Below are positions 9,812-19,300 of a stretch of 64,000 nucleotides of DNA, piece after piece. Position numbers and translations under genes: made by a program. Below the pieces are notes generated by a model. It was not told the DNA's origin, did no database searches, and saw only the letters and a list, made by a program, of their open reading frames with translations. Source of the DNA: Puniceicoccaceae bacterium (GTDB lineage: Bacteria; Verrucomicrobiota; Verrucomicrobiia; Opitutales; Oceanipulchritudinaceae); contig JBFOMH010000011.1 of assembly GCA_040830765.1 (NCBI GenBank), positions 1 through 64,000 on the forward strand, given 5' to 3'. Position 1 is the first letter of the stretch; each line of letters opens with the position of its first letter.

Positions 9812-10882
9812 ATGACCTCAAAGGAGCGTGTCAAACTCGCCTTTTCGCACCAGGAACCAGATCGTGTTCCGATCGACTACCTCTGTAATCCGGGAATTGA
9901 TGCCCGCCTCAAGGCCCATTTCGGGCTGAAGGCGGAGGATGACGAAGGCCTCCGGGAAGCTCTGGGAGTGGATTTCCGCAACGTCGAGGCGCCCTTTATC
10001 GGGCCGGAGCGCTTTTCTCCAGTGGAAGGACGCCGCATCGATGAATGGGGCATCCGGACCCGCTGGATCGAGCACAGCAGTGGGGGTTACTGGGACTATT
10101 GCGACTTTCCCCTGGAGGAAGCTGAACTGGATGAAATCATGTCCTGGCCCATTCCCGAGCCGGATGATTTCGACTACGACGCCTTGGTCGAGCAGTGCCG
10201 CCGCTGGAAGGACTACTACCTAATGCTGGGGAATCCGGGAGTAGGGGACTTTATTAACAGTACGGGCATGCTGCGGACCATGGAGGTTGTCCTGATGGAT
10301 CTCTTTGAAGGAGCGGAGGAGACACTAGCCCTCCTTGACCGCCGGCTGGACCTGCAGTTACAGATGCTGGAACGTTGTCTCGACAAGGCCAGGGGAGGAA
10401 TCGACATGCTCTGGATCGGGGATGACCTCGGAACCCAGATTGCCCCGATCCTCAGCCTGGAACTTTTCCGGCAGCACCTGCGGCCGCGGCACCAGAAGTT
10501 GGTCGACCTTGCCAAGTCTTACGGTGCCGAGGTCATGGTACATTCCTGCGGGTCCAGCAGCTGGGCCTTTGATGACTTCATTGAGATGGGTATTGGCGTG
10601 ATCGACACCCTGCAACCGGAGGCGAAGAACATGGATCCGGCGTACTTGAAAAGTCGCTACGGTGAGCAGTTGTCTTTTCATGGGTGTATTTCGACGGCTG
10701 GTCCGGTGGTCGACGGGACCGTTGAAGAAGTCGTTGGCGATGTCCGTGATAAACTGGACATCCTCATGCCCGGCGGTGGCTACGCCCTTGCCCCGACGCA
10801 CCAGTTACAGGACAACTCCAGGACGGAAAACGTGATCGCCCTCTACGAGACCGCCCGGACTTATGGGCGCTACCGGAAGTGA
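9812..10882 (+). CDS. UroD/MtaA-CmuA-fold protein, paralog 2
   Basis: MTSKERV..EPDRVP, DEWG, GDDLGTQ, VHSCG, LQPE, GGYALAPTHQLQ. Confidence 0.82.
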   Translation: MTSKERVKLAFSHQEPDRVPIDYLCNPGIDARLKAHFGLKAEDDEGLREALGVDFRNVEAPFIGPERFSPVEGRRIDEWGIRTRWIEHSSGGYWDYCDFPLEEAELDEIMSWPIPEPDDFDYDALVEQCRRWKDYYLMLGNPGVGDFINSTGMLRTMEVVLMDLFEGAEETLALLDRRLDLQLQMLERCLDKARGGIDMLWIGDDLGTQIAPILSLELFRQHLRPRHQKLVDLAKSYGAEVMVHSCGSSSWAFDDFIEMGIGVIDTLQPEAKNMDPAYLKSRYGEQLSFHGCISTAGPVVDGTVEEVVGDVRDKLDILMPGGGYALAPTHQLQDNSRTENVIALYETARTYGRYRK

Positions 10883-10898
10883 CTTGTTTGCAAGGTCC

Positions 10899-11945
10899 TC
10901 AGACCTTCCAGGTCTGGACCGTCTCGATCATGGTGAGAACATTGTCCAGTGGCGTGCCCGCCTGCACGTTGTGGCAGGAGCAGGGAAGATACCCACCACC
11001 CGCTCCCAGCGTTCGCAGGCAGGTCTCCACTTCCTGACGTACCTCATCGGGTGTACCGTGAGGCAGGACATGCTGGTTCTCAACGCCGCCGTGGAAGATA
11101 AGATCGTCGCCAAATGCCTCATTTAACTCCTTCCGGTCCATTCCGGGGCAGATGTGCTGGATGGGATTGAGGATGTCCACTCCACATTCAATCAGCTCCG
11201 GGATAATCGGCCTGGCCGCACCGTCGGAGTGGTATAAGACCTTCATTCCGCGTGAATGAACGAGATCGCACCAGCGGGCCATGCGTGGCTTGAGGAAGGT
11301 CCGCCAGTGGTCGATGGACATCAGAAGACTTTCCTGTGTTCCCATGTCATCGGAGACCAGGACCATGTCGAGGAGCCCATCCAGTTTGTCGAACATGCGC
11401 TCCAGCATGGCTGTCTGGGCGGCTTCAATCTTGTCGAGGGCAGCATTCAGGAATTCCGGCTCCGCCAGCACATCCATGAGGGCGTTCTCGAGGCCGCGCA
11501 TGCGGCAATAGACCTCGAAGTGGGACACCCATGGACCAATGGTCGCAAACTGGAACTGGCGGGCCTTTTCGGCCTTTGCCCGGACGGCTGCGTAGTCAAA
11601 TTTGTCCGGGTCCGGCCAGTAGGGATGGTCCTCCAGTTCCTCCGGTTCCTCCATGTCCTCGAGTGGCCGTTCACTGACCTCATTGTAGACGGCGGCCCCG
11701 GATTGAATGGCTTCGGAGGCAACACCCCAGGGATCGCGCAGGGCCGGTTTCTCATCGCTGATATAGTTGGGCACCAGCCAGGCAATCTTGTCGATGCCGA
11801 GGGCCTGGTACATCTCGTATTCGTCTTCCTTGCCAGTGTGCTTCTTGAGGTCGGCCATGACCTCCGGGGTTAGCCAGATGTCGATGGGGACCCGGTCCAC
11901 GGGCAGGCGGTTAATGGTATTCAGGGTTCTGAGCTTGGGTGTCAT
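10899..11945 (-). CDS. UroD/MtaA-CmuA-fold protein, paralog 3
   Basis: MTPK..DRVP, DPWG, SDDMGTQ, YHSDG, NPIQ, FHGGVENQ, GGYLPCSCHNVQ. Confidence 0.82.
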   Translation of the reverse strand: MTPKLRTLNTINRLPVDRVPIDIWLTPEVMADLKKHTGKEDEYEMYQALGIDKIAWLVPNYISDEKPALRDPWGVASEAIQSGAAVYNEVSERPLEDMEEPEELEDHPYWPDPDKFDYAAVRAKAEKARQFQFATIGPWVSHFEVYCRMRGLENALMDVLAEPEFLNAALDKIEAAQTAMLERMFDKLDGLLDMVLVSDDMGTQESLLMSIDHWRTFLKPRMARWCDLVHSRGMKVLYHSDGAARPIIPELIECGVDILNPIQHICPGMDRKELNEAFGDDLIFHGGVENQHVLPHGTPDEVRQEVETCLRTLGAGGGYLPCSCHNVQAGTPLDNVLTMIETVQTWKV

Positions 11946-12053
11946 GAGCGGAACGATTAACGGTTGATTACACGACATAAAGGCATACAAAGCTTTACTG
12001 TATCAGTTGTTTTAATCTTCTGAACAACGAATCTCCAGCGAATACTGCCCAAT

Positions 12054-12782
12054 ATGTCTTTCGACCTGTCAAACTGTGCCATTCTTTCCTGCGATGTCTT
12101 CCAGGAGGAGTTGTTCAACTATCTGGAATCGCCCGGGGAGCTGGGCGCGATGGCCCTTTTGGAGATGGGGCTGCATGACCAGCCGGATGTCCTGCGGCAG
12201 GAGGTTCAGAAAACCATCGACCGGCTGGAGGCGATGCCGAACATTGAGACAATCCTGCTGCTTTACGGCATTTGCGGAAACGGCCTCATCGGGGTGGAAT
12301 CGAAGCGCTGCCAACTGATCATTCCCCGTGCCCATGACTGCGTCTCCATCCTGCTGGGCAGCCCGGAAAAGCACCAGGCCATCCTGAAGGACAATCCTGG
12401 GACTTATTTCTACAGCCCCGGCTGGGTCCGCGGACGCCGGGTACCGGGGCCGGACCGGGATGCCCACTTGATGGAATTCTATTCTGAAAAATATCCCGGT
12501 GATGAGGAGATGGTGGAGGACCTGATCGAGGCGGATCATGAGACCTATGAGCACCACAATTGCGCCGCTTACGTGGATTTGACAGACAATGTGGGCGCCG
12601 AGTCCTACTGCAAGGATTGTGCGGCTTCCCTTGGGTGGAAGTACCGTCGACTGCAGGGTGATGCCACACTCTTGAAGGATTTTCTTTCGGGTAACTGGGA
12701 TGATACGCGCTTCCTGGTCGCTGGTCCTGGCGAGCGGATTGAGGGTGTAGTCGACGGTCCGTCAACTGGCATTCAGGGTTAA
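12054..12782 (+). CDS. DUF1638-family protein
   Basis: C...E, GLHD.P..L, YGICGNGL.G, PRAHDC..ILLG, GTYFYSPGW; typical neighbour of corrinoid activators. Confidence 0.8.
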   Translation: MSFDLSNCAILSCDVFQEELFNYLESPGELGAMALLEMGLHDQPDVLRQEVQKTIDRLEAMPNIETILLLYGICGNGLIGVESKRCQLIIPRAHDCVSILLGSPEKHQAILKDNPGTYFYSPGWVRGRRVPGPDRDAHLMEFYSEKYPGDEEMVEDLIEADHETYEHHNCAAYVDLTDNVGAESYCKDCAASLGWKYRRLQGDATLLKDFLSGNWDDTRFLVAGPGERIEGVVDGPSTGIQG

Positions 12783-12786
12783 GGCG

Positions 12787-14367
12787 ATGGGAGCGACCAA
12801 GTTCGAAGTCATCATTCCCGGTGGTCAGCGGCGTTCGGTCCGTCTTCCGGAGGACGCGCAACACCTGACTTTTGCCGAAGCCCTGGAGGCGCAAGGCCTT
12901 CCATTGAACATGCGGTGCGGTGGACGCGGCCTGTGCCGGGGATGCACAGTGGAATTCCGTGATGGTGATTCCATTGAATCCTTCCGTGCCTGCCAGAGAA
13001 AGACGGCTAAGTTGCCGTCCTCGGCCACCAATCTGTTCATTCCGGAAAACTCGTGGCGGGATCATTCCCTGCATGGGGTCAGTGTTTTTGAGATTCATAC
13101 CTCGGCCGACCTGCAATCCAGCCACCGTTCCGGATTTGGCCTCGCCCTCGATATCGGGACAACGACCATCGCCGGCGCCCTGTGGGATTTTTCCAACAAC
13201 CATTGCCTGGCCCACCATTCGCGGCCCAATCCGCAGGCTCGCTATGGGGACAATGTGGTTTCACGGATCCATTATTCCATGGAACGGGAAAGTGGTAGCG
13301 CGGATTTGCAGCGGTCCCTGGTCAAGGATGGACTGCAACCAATGCTCAGGGCCCTTTGTGCACAAGGGGGGGTAAATCCAGGGAGCATTGTATCCGCCAC
13401 TGCCTCCGGGAATCCGACCATGCTCCACACCCTGGCTGGCGAGTCCCTGGACGGTCTGGCTAAATATCCCTTTAAGCCGAACTTTCTCGGCCAGCGGACC
13501 TTCCAGGCCATTGACGTCGGCTTCAAGGAGGACTTCGAACTTGTCCTCTTGCCGGGCCTCGGACCCTTCGTCGGGGCGGATGTTGCCGTCGGGGCACTGG
13601 CCTCCGGCATGCTGGAGGAGGAAGGACCGATTCTCCTCATTGATTTCGGAACCAATGGGGAAATTCTCTTAAAAACCGCTGATGGCTACCTTGCCACCGC
13701 CACTGCGGCCGGACCGGCCTTTGAAGGTGGGCGACTAGCCTGCGGGGCAGCCGCAAGGGCGGGAGTCATCTCCTCGCTGCGGAGGAGGGAAGGGCAATGG
13801 CACTGGAAACTGTCCCGCAGCGGTGAGGAAGCACCCGTTGGGATTTCCGGCGCAGCCTATGTCGATTTTCTTGCGGCCGGTGCCAACGACGGCCTGCTGG
13901 ATCACTTTGGCCGCTTTAACCGCCAGTCCACGGAAGTGCATCAGAGGAAGGACGGCGAAGACGCCGATTGGGCCATTGCGATCAGCGAAAAAACCTACAT
14001 CACCGAAGCCGACGTGGCTGAGCTCCTGCAAGCCAAGGCGGCGATTGGCGGGGGTGTGCTGACCCTAATGGAAAAAGCGGGAATCGAAGCCAGCGACCTG
14101 CGCAAGGTCCTCGTGGCTGGAGGATTTGGCTATCACCTCGATCCCGCCCACGCCATGCGAGTTGGCCTGCTGCCCGAGGTCCCCCTCGAGCGCATCGACA
14201 TCGTCGGCAACGCCTCCCTTGGAGGCGCCTGCCTGTTGCTCAATGACGGGGTCAGCAAACAGCTGCAGCCACTGCTTGGTCAGTGTGAAGTCGTTGAGCT
14301 GAACCAGGAGGCCAGCTTTGAGGACCACTTCACCGACTGCCTCCTGCTGGAGCAGATGGACCTGTAG
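12787..14367 (+). CDS. ASKHA-type ATP-dependent reductive activator of corrinoid proteins (RACE/RACo, DUF4445) with N-terminal [2Fe-2S]
   Basis: CGGRGLCRGC...ACQ; ALDIGTTT; NPQ..YGD; FVGAD; DFGTNGE; AAGPAFEG; AGGFG; GNASL. Confidence 0.88.
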   Translation: MGATKFEVIIPGGQRRSVRLPEDAQHLTFAEALEAQGLPLNMRCGGRGLCRGCTVEFRDGDSIESFRACQRKTAKLPSSATNLFIPENSWRDHSLHGVSVFEIHTSADLQSSHRSGFGLALDIGTTTIAGALWDFSNNHCLAHHSRPNPQARYGDNVVSRIHYSMERESGSADLQRSLVKDGLQPMLRALCAQGGVNPGSIVSATASGNPTMLHTLAGESLDGLAKYPFKPNFLGQRTFQAIDVGFKEDFELVLLPGLGPFVGADVAVGALASGMLEEEGPILLIDFGTNGEILLKTADGYLATATAAGPAFEGGRLACGAAARAGVISSLRRREGQWHWKLSRSGEEAPVGISGAAYVDFLAAGANDGLLDHFGRFNRQSTEVHQRKDGEDADWAIAISEKTYITEADVAELLQAKAAIGGGVLTLMEKAGIEASDLRKVLVAGGFGYHLDPAHAMRVGLLPEVPLERIDIVGNASLGGACLLLNDGVSKQLQPLLGQCEVVELNQEASFEDHFTDCLLLEQMDL

Positions 14368-14429
14368 TTCTTAACGGTTTAAGTGAATTTGTTTGGCATC
14401 CTTCTTTGGCTGCTTTCAACTTATTTCAA

Positions 14430-15677
14430 ATGAAAATGCTACCACGATTCACCTTTGGAATGGGAGACCGCTTTGGCCGACAGGGCAAGGCCCAGTTGCA
14501 ATCCGTATTGGATGCCCGAAAATCGGGCATGGACGTGGCTCCGGTTTGGAACAAGAGCAAGCGGGAACATACACTGATCGGCACGGAACCGCAAAGTTTG
14601 CGGGATGAGGCGGATGCGGCGGTGCAGGCGCTGGGCTACAATGGTCCGTATTTCGTCGATGCTGACCACATCACAATCCAGACCGTGGATGACTTCCTTT
14701 CCTGCAGTGACTTCTTCACGCTGGATGTAGCCGACAGCCTCGGGCATCCCCCGGCAAGCGAGGAAAATAGTGCCCGTTACAGGGAAGCCCTGAAGGGATT
14801 GGGTGAGGTTTCCATTGAAGGTCTGGATGAACCCATTGTCTTCGATGAAGCAGCAGCGGAACAGATTGTCAGCAATTACGGCCTGGCCATCGAGGCAGCA
14901 AAGGAGCTGTTTGAGAAAATCGCGCTCAGCCGGACCGATGGGAAATTCGCCATCGAGGTTTCCATGGACGAGACAGAGACCCCGCAGGGTCCGAAGGAAT
15001 TGCTGGGGATTCTGCGGTTGCTTTCCCTCGAGCAGGTTCCCGCCCAGACGGTGGCCCCGAAGTTCACCGGTCGCTTCAACAAGGGAGTGGATTACGTCGG
15101 GGATGTGGACCAGTTCCGGAGTGAATTTGAGGCGGACCTGCTGGTCGTGGGTCATGCCATTGAGCATTTCGGGATGCCGGAAAGCCTTAAATTAAGTGTC
15201 CACTCCGGGAGTGACAAATTCAGCCTCTATCCTGTCATCAAGGAACTAGTGGCGAAGCACAACGCCGGTTTGCACTTGAAGACCGCCGGGACAACCTGGC
15301 TGGAGGAAGTCATTGGCCTGGCCGAATCCGGGGGCGAGGGGCTGGCCTTTATCAAGGACTTGTATGTGGAAGCGCTGCAGCACTTCGATGAGCTGACCGG
15401 TCCGTATGCGACGGTCCTGGATATCGATCCGAGCCAGTTGCCGGGCGCTGAAGAAGCCGGCCAATGGACCAGTGAAGACGTTATCGCCATGGTCGCCCAT
15501 GATCCTGGACACCCGCGTTTCAATTCCGGCCTGCGGCAGTTTTTCCATGTCGCCTTCAAGCTGGCAGCCAAGGCGGGGGACCGTTACTACAACCTGCTCG
15601 ATGCCAATGCCGTCGTCATCAACCGGCGCGTCTACGACAATCTCCACGACAAACACATCGTGAAGGTATTTGCCTGA
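14430..15677 (+). CDS. uxaE: Tagaturonate/fructuronate epimerase
   Basis: FGMGDRFG, DADH, EVSMDE, APKFTG.FNKGVDY, KLSVHSGSDKF, HLKTAGTTWLEE. Confidence 0.85.
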   Translation: MKMLPRFTFGMGDRFGRQGKAQLQSVLDARKSGMDVAPVWNKSKREHTLIGTEPQSLRDEADAAVQALGYNGPYFVDADHITIQTVDDFLSCSDFFTLDVADSLGHPPASEENSARYREALKGLGEVSIEGLDEPIVFDEAAAEQIVSNYGLAIEAAKELFEKIALSRTDGKFAIEVSMDETETPQGPKELLGILRLLSLEQVPAQTVAPKFTGRFNKGVDYVGDVDQFRSEFEADLLVVGHAIEHFGMPESLKLSVHSGSDKFSLYPVIKELVAKHNAGLHLKTAGTTWLEEVIGLAESGGEGLAFIKDLYVEALQHFDELTGPYATVLDIDPSQLPGAEEAGQWTSEDVIAMVAHDPGHPRFNSGLRQFFHVAFKLAAKAGDRYYNLLDANAVVINRRVYDNLHDKHIVKVFA

Positions 15678-15708
15678 CACAGGGCGAGCAGCCTTTCCAG
15701 CCGCTCAC

Positions 15709-18003
15709 CTAGAATTCATCGAAGGAAATCTGCTGAGGCTCGACCCCGAGTTCAGTCAGCATCCGGGTGCAGGCACGGATCATCATCGGCGGACCACAGA
15801 GGTAAAACTCGACCGCCTTGGGATTTGGATGATCCTGCAGGTAATTGTCGAGGACGACCTCATGGATAAATCCGGTGTGCCCCGTCCAGTTGTCCTCCGG
15901 GAGGGGCTCAGAAAGGGCCAGATTGAAGGAGAAATTGGCATGCTGTTCAGCCATCTGCTCAAAGTAATCCTGATAATAGAGTTCCTGCCGGGAACGGGCC
16001 CCGTACCAGTAGCTGACCTTGCGCGGGGTCTGCTCATTTTCAAAGAGATGGGCGAGGTGGGCCCGTAACGGGGCCATTCCGGCGCCACCGCCAATGTACA
16101 CCATTTCCCGCTGGGTCGGGCGGATGTGAAAGTCACCAAAGGGGCCGATGGCAGTGACCGTATCCCCGGCCTTCAGGTTGAAAGCATAACTGGAACCAAC
16201 ACCGGGCGGACAGTCCTGACCCGGAGGCGGCGTAGCAATGCGGACGTTGAAGCGAAGGGCAGTCTCCTTCTGCGGATTACTGGCGATGGAGTAGTTGTTG
16301 CGTCGGCTCTGTTCGGCGTTGCTGACAACGAGGTCGAAGACATGCTGGCGTTCCCACACGGAGGCATAGGGCTCCGGAACATCAAATTCGCGGAAGCGGA
16401 TTTGCTCATACTGGGGAATGTCGAGCTGCATGTAATCGCCGGGCTGGAATTCGATTTTCTCTTCACTGTCAGCCGGTTCCAGTACCAGTTCCTTGATGAA
16501 CGTGGAGACGTTCTTATTGCTGACGACCCTGAAGGTAAAAGTCTTTTCCTCCCGTGCACCATCGCCGCCAGCGCGGGAAACATTGAGCCAGATGCGGCCG
16601 TTGCGTTCCTCAATGGGGTAGGTGACAAGGCCCCTGCAAATGGGAGCCCGTGCGGGAGAGCCATCCGGAAGGTTGAAGCGGCCGTTGTGCTTCGGGCACT
16701 CGATAATCCTGCCCTTGACGAGGCCGTTGGCGAGATGGGTATTTCCGTGGGTACAGAATCCGTCCGTTGCATACAGCCTGCCCTCGTTGTCCCGGTAAAG
16801 CGCGTAGGTCCGTGTCCCGTGGTCGAAACGGATGACATCCTCGCTGCCAAGGTCGGCAGCGGCACAAATCTCCATCCACCCGTCCGTGTCCGGTCCTGCT
16901 TCTGAGCGGTACGTGTCATCGGCGTGCTGTCGTGTCGATTCCGGCAGCTTGCGCTTGACGTGCCATGCCGGCTCCTTGACCTGACGCAGGATGGCAGGGA
17001 TGATTTCCTTGTAGGCCGCAATAATTCCCGGATAAGGCTCCGGGCAGTCATCCTTTACCGCCTCGTGCAGCTCATGCTGCCGGTGATACGGAACCAGCGG
17101 AAACATGTGATGCTCCACATGGTAGTTCATGTTCCAGTAAAGGAAGCGGTTAACAGGATTCATGTAGACCGTCCGGCAGTTGAGCCGATGGTCGAGGACG
17201 TTTTCAGCCAGGCCGGCGTGCTGGGTCAGACCGTACATGACCATCACCCAGCTTCCGAAAATATTGGCCAGGCCAACGTACATCAGTGGCAGGATGCTTC
17301 CCGTGTAAATGGCCAGGCAAACGACGACGGCATAGATGCAAAGGTAGATGCGGGCGTTGCGGTAGATCTTTCCGAACTGTTCCTCAGGAATAAAGGTCTT
17401 TTCATCTTCCGTCATCCTGCCCATGGCATGCTGGGTTACGGTCTGGAAGTACTTTATATAGACTGGAAGATTGAAGATGCTCAGGAGCAGCGTCTTGATG
17501 TCCGGTGGCCGGGGAACTGCGATTTCCGGATCCCGCCCAACAATGATGGTATCACTGTGGTGCCGGGTATGGCTCCAGCGCCAGACAACGGATTCCCGCA
17601 TGACCATGAAGGAGGCGATTTCATAAAGCGCGTTGTTCATCCAGTCGGTCCGGAAAGCGGTTCCGTGGCTCGATTCATGCCAGCGGGAATCGGAGCTGCC
17701 CCCATAGAGGATGGCATAGATCATGTAGGGCAAAATGGCCCACCACGTGCCCCAGAGGATGTAGGTGGCGTAGGCGGAACCGAAGATGAGGCCAAACCAG
17801 ATGAGGGTGTCACGGATTGCCGGTCCGTTCGTCCGCTCCAGGAGTTTGCGCATCTTGGCCCGCGGAACGGGACACTGGTACCAGTCCGCCTCCGCCAGGC
17901 CTTTCTCAATGGCCTTGGTGGCGTTTTCACCAGTCAGGCTGTAATCGAGGTGCTTCGGAGGATTCAGGTGGATCGCACTGGCGTGTTCGAGGTCATCAAG
18001 CAT
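15709..18003 (-). CDS. MocD-like desaturase-type oxygenase + Rieske + NqrF-like reductase fusion, copy 2 (764 aa)
   Basis: His boxes HESSH, HTRHH, HVEHH with TM helices; Rieske CTH...CPKH; R.YS, GGGAGMAP, YLCGPP, FDEF end. Confidence 0.9.
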   Translation of the reverse strand: MLDDLEHASAIHLNPPKHLDYSLTGENATKAIEKGLAEADWYQCPVPRAKMRKLLERTNGPAIRDTLIWFGLIFGSAYATYILWGTWWAILPYMIYAILYGGSSDSRWHESSHGTAFRTDWMNNALYEIASFMVMRESVVWRWSHTRHHSDTIIVGRDPEIAVPRPPDIKTLLLSIFNLPVYIKYFQTVTQHAMGRMTEDEKTFIPEEQFGKIYRNARIYLCIYAVVVCLAIYTGSILPLMYVGLANIFGSWVMVMYGLTQHAGLAENVLDHRLNCRTVYMNPVNRFLYWNMNYHVEHHMFPLVPYHRQHELHEAVKDDCPEPYPGIIAAYKEIIPAILRQVKEPAWHVKRKLPESTRQHADDTYRSEAGPDTDGWMEICAAADLGSEDVIRFDHGTRTYALYRDNEGRLYATDGFCTHGNTHLANGLVKGRIIECPKHNGRFNLPDGSPARAPICRGLVTYPIEERNGRIWLNVSRAGGDGAREEKTFTFRVVSNKNVSTFIKELVLEPADSEEKIEFQPGDYMQLDIPQYEQIRFREFDVPEPYASVWERQHVFDLVVSNAEQSRRNNYSIASNPQKETALRFNVRIATPPPGQDCPPGVGSSYAFNLKAGDTVTAIGPFGDFHIRPTQREMVYIGGGAGMAPLRAHLAHLFENEQTPRKVSYWYGARSRQELYYQDYFEQMAEQHANFSFNLALSEPLPEDNWTGHTGFIHEVVLDNYLQDHPNPKAVEFYLCGPPMMIRACTRMLTELGVEPQQISFDEF

Positions 18004-18128
18004 AGCTCTATTTTAGGATCCTTTTTATGGCATTAGGCAATTCCTTTCATGAATTACCTTCATGAAGATACAGTTGCATATTTGAATTATTACTTATTTC
18101 ATCAGCCCCTGTGAACGCATTTAGCAAG

Positions 18129-19217
18129 ATGACCTCCCGCGAACGGGTAAACCGCATGTTTGCCCGCGAGGACCATGACCGCATGCCTCGTCACGAAGGG
18201 TGCTGGCTGGAGACGCTCGACCGGTGGATGCAGGAAGGCCTACCGGCTGACAACCACGATGATGCCTTTGCTGTTGTCCAGCAGCAGCTGGGTGGCGACT
18301 TGCAGATGGTCAACTGGTACTGGCCGCATTCCTTTCCGGGCAGGATGGAGGTCCTTGAGGAGGACGAGGATACCCGGGTCACCAAGGGTCCAAGCGGGAC
18401 AATCGAGCGATTCTGGAAGAACAAGTCGGGCACGCCGGAACACCTCGGCTGGGAGTGCGATGAGCGCGAAATCTGGGAATCGACCTACAAGCCGGCGATG
18501 CTCGAACAACCCGTGCAGATCGATGTGGAGGCCGTCAGGAAGCAGGTCGAGAAGGCGGAACGGCATCATCGCTGGACCTACCTGGCCGGCGTGGGACCGT
18601 TTGAAGTCATCCGCAAGATCCTCGGGGACGAGCTCTTCATGATGAACCTGATCGACGAGCCGGACTGGATCGAGGACATGGCCCGGATATCGATGGATAA
18701 CCTCGTCCGCAATTACCAGGTGGTGCTGGATGCCGGCATCCAGGCTGACGGGCTGTGGATATTTGATGACATGGCCTTCCGGACCGCAACCTTCTGCTCC
18801 CCGGCGATGTATCGCGAGCTGCTGTGGCCGCAGCACCAGCGGTTGGCGGAGTTTGCCCATGCCAACGGGATGAAGTTCATCTACCATACGGATGGGGATG
18901 TCCGGCAGGTGCTTCCCGACTACATCGAGGCCGGCTTCGACTGCCTCCAGCCACTGGAGGCCAAGGCCAGTATGGATGTGAGGGAACTGGTGCCCCAGTA
19001 TGGCAGGGAATTGGCATTTTTCGGTAATATCGACGTCACGAAGTTAATCACCAACGACCTCGATATCATTGAGGAGGAAATTGCCAGCAAGCTGACCGTG
19101 GCCAGCGGGTCGAAGGGCTACATTTACCACTCCGACCATTCCGTCCCGCCACAGGTATCATGGGAAACCTATCAGGCGGTCATCCGGTTCCTCGACAAGT
19201 ATGGATCCTACGGTTGA
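18129..19217 (+). CDS. UroD/MtaA-CmuA-fold protein, paralog 4
   Basis: MTSRERV..DRMP, FDDMAF, YHTDG, LQPLE, FFGNID, YIYHSDHSVP; start could instead be GTG at 18111. Confidence 0.8.
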   Translation: MTSRERVNRMFAREDHDRMPRHEGCWLETLDRWMQEGLPADNHDDAFAVVQQQLGGDLQMVNWYWPHSFPGRMEVLEEDEDTRVTKGPSGTIERFWKNKSGTPEHLGWECDEREIWESTYKPAMLEQPVQIDVEAVRKQVEKAERHHRWTYLAGVGPFEVIRKILGDELFMMNLIDEPDWIEDMARISMDNLVRNYQVVLDAGIQADGLWIFDDMAFRTATFCSPAMYRELLWPQHQRLAEFAHANGMKFIYHTDGDVRQVLPDYIEAGFDCLQPLEAKASMDVRELVPQYGRELAFFGNIDVTKLITNDLDIIEEEIASKLTVASGSKGYIYHSDHSVPPQVSWETYQAVIRFLDKYGSYG

Positions 19218-19300
19218 TTCGGCAGAGTAGGTAACGGGCATTTCCCTTTAGCGATCCCTGCGACCTCCCTGAGAATTGATTTGCCGGTTCCCGGTAAACC

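Noticed and set aside
15709..16540. Na+-NQR subunit F (nqrF) call
   Set aside because: No nqrA-E genes, no membrane anchor and no plant-type 2Fe-2S domain; it is a reductase module within a fusion.
3282..19217. hemE (true uroporphyrinogen decarboxylase) calls
   Set aside because: The HemE RQAGR motif is absent, Hx(C/D)G metal motifs are present, and there are no heme pathway neighbours.
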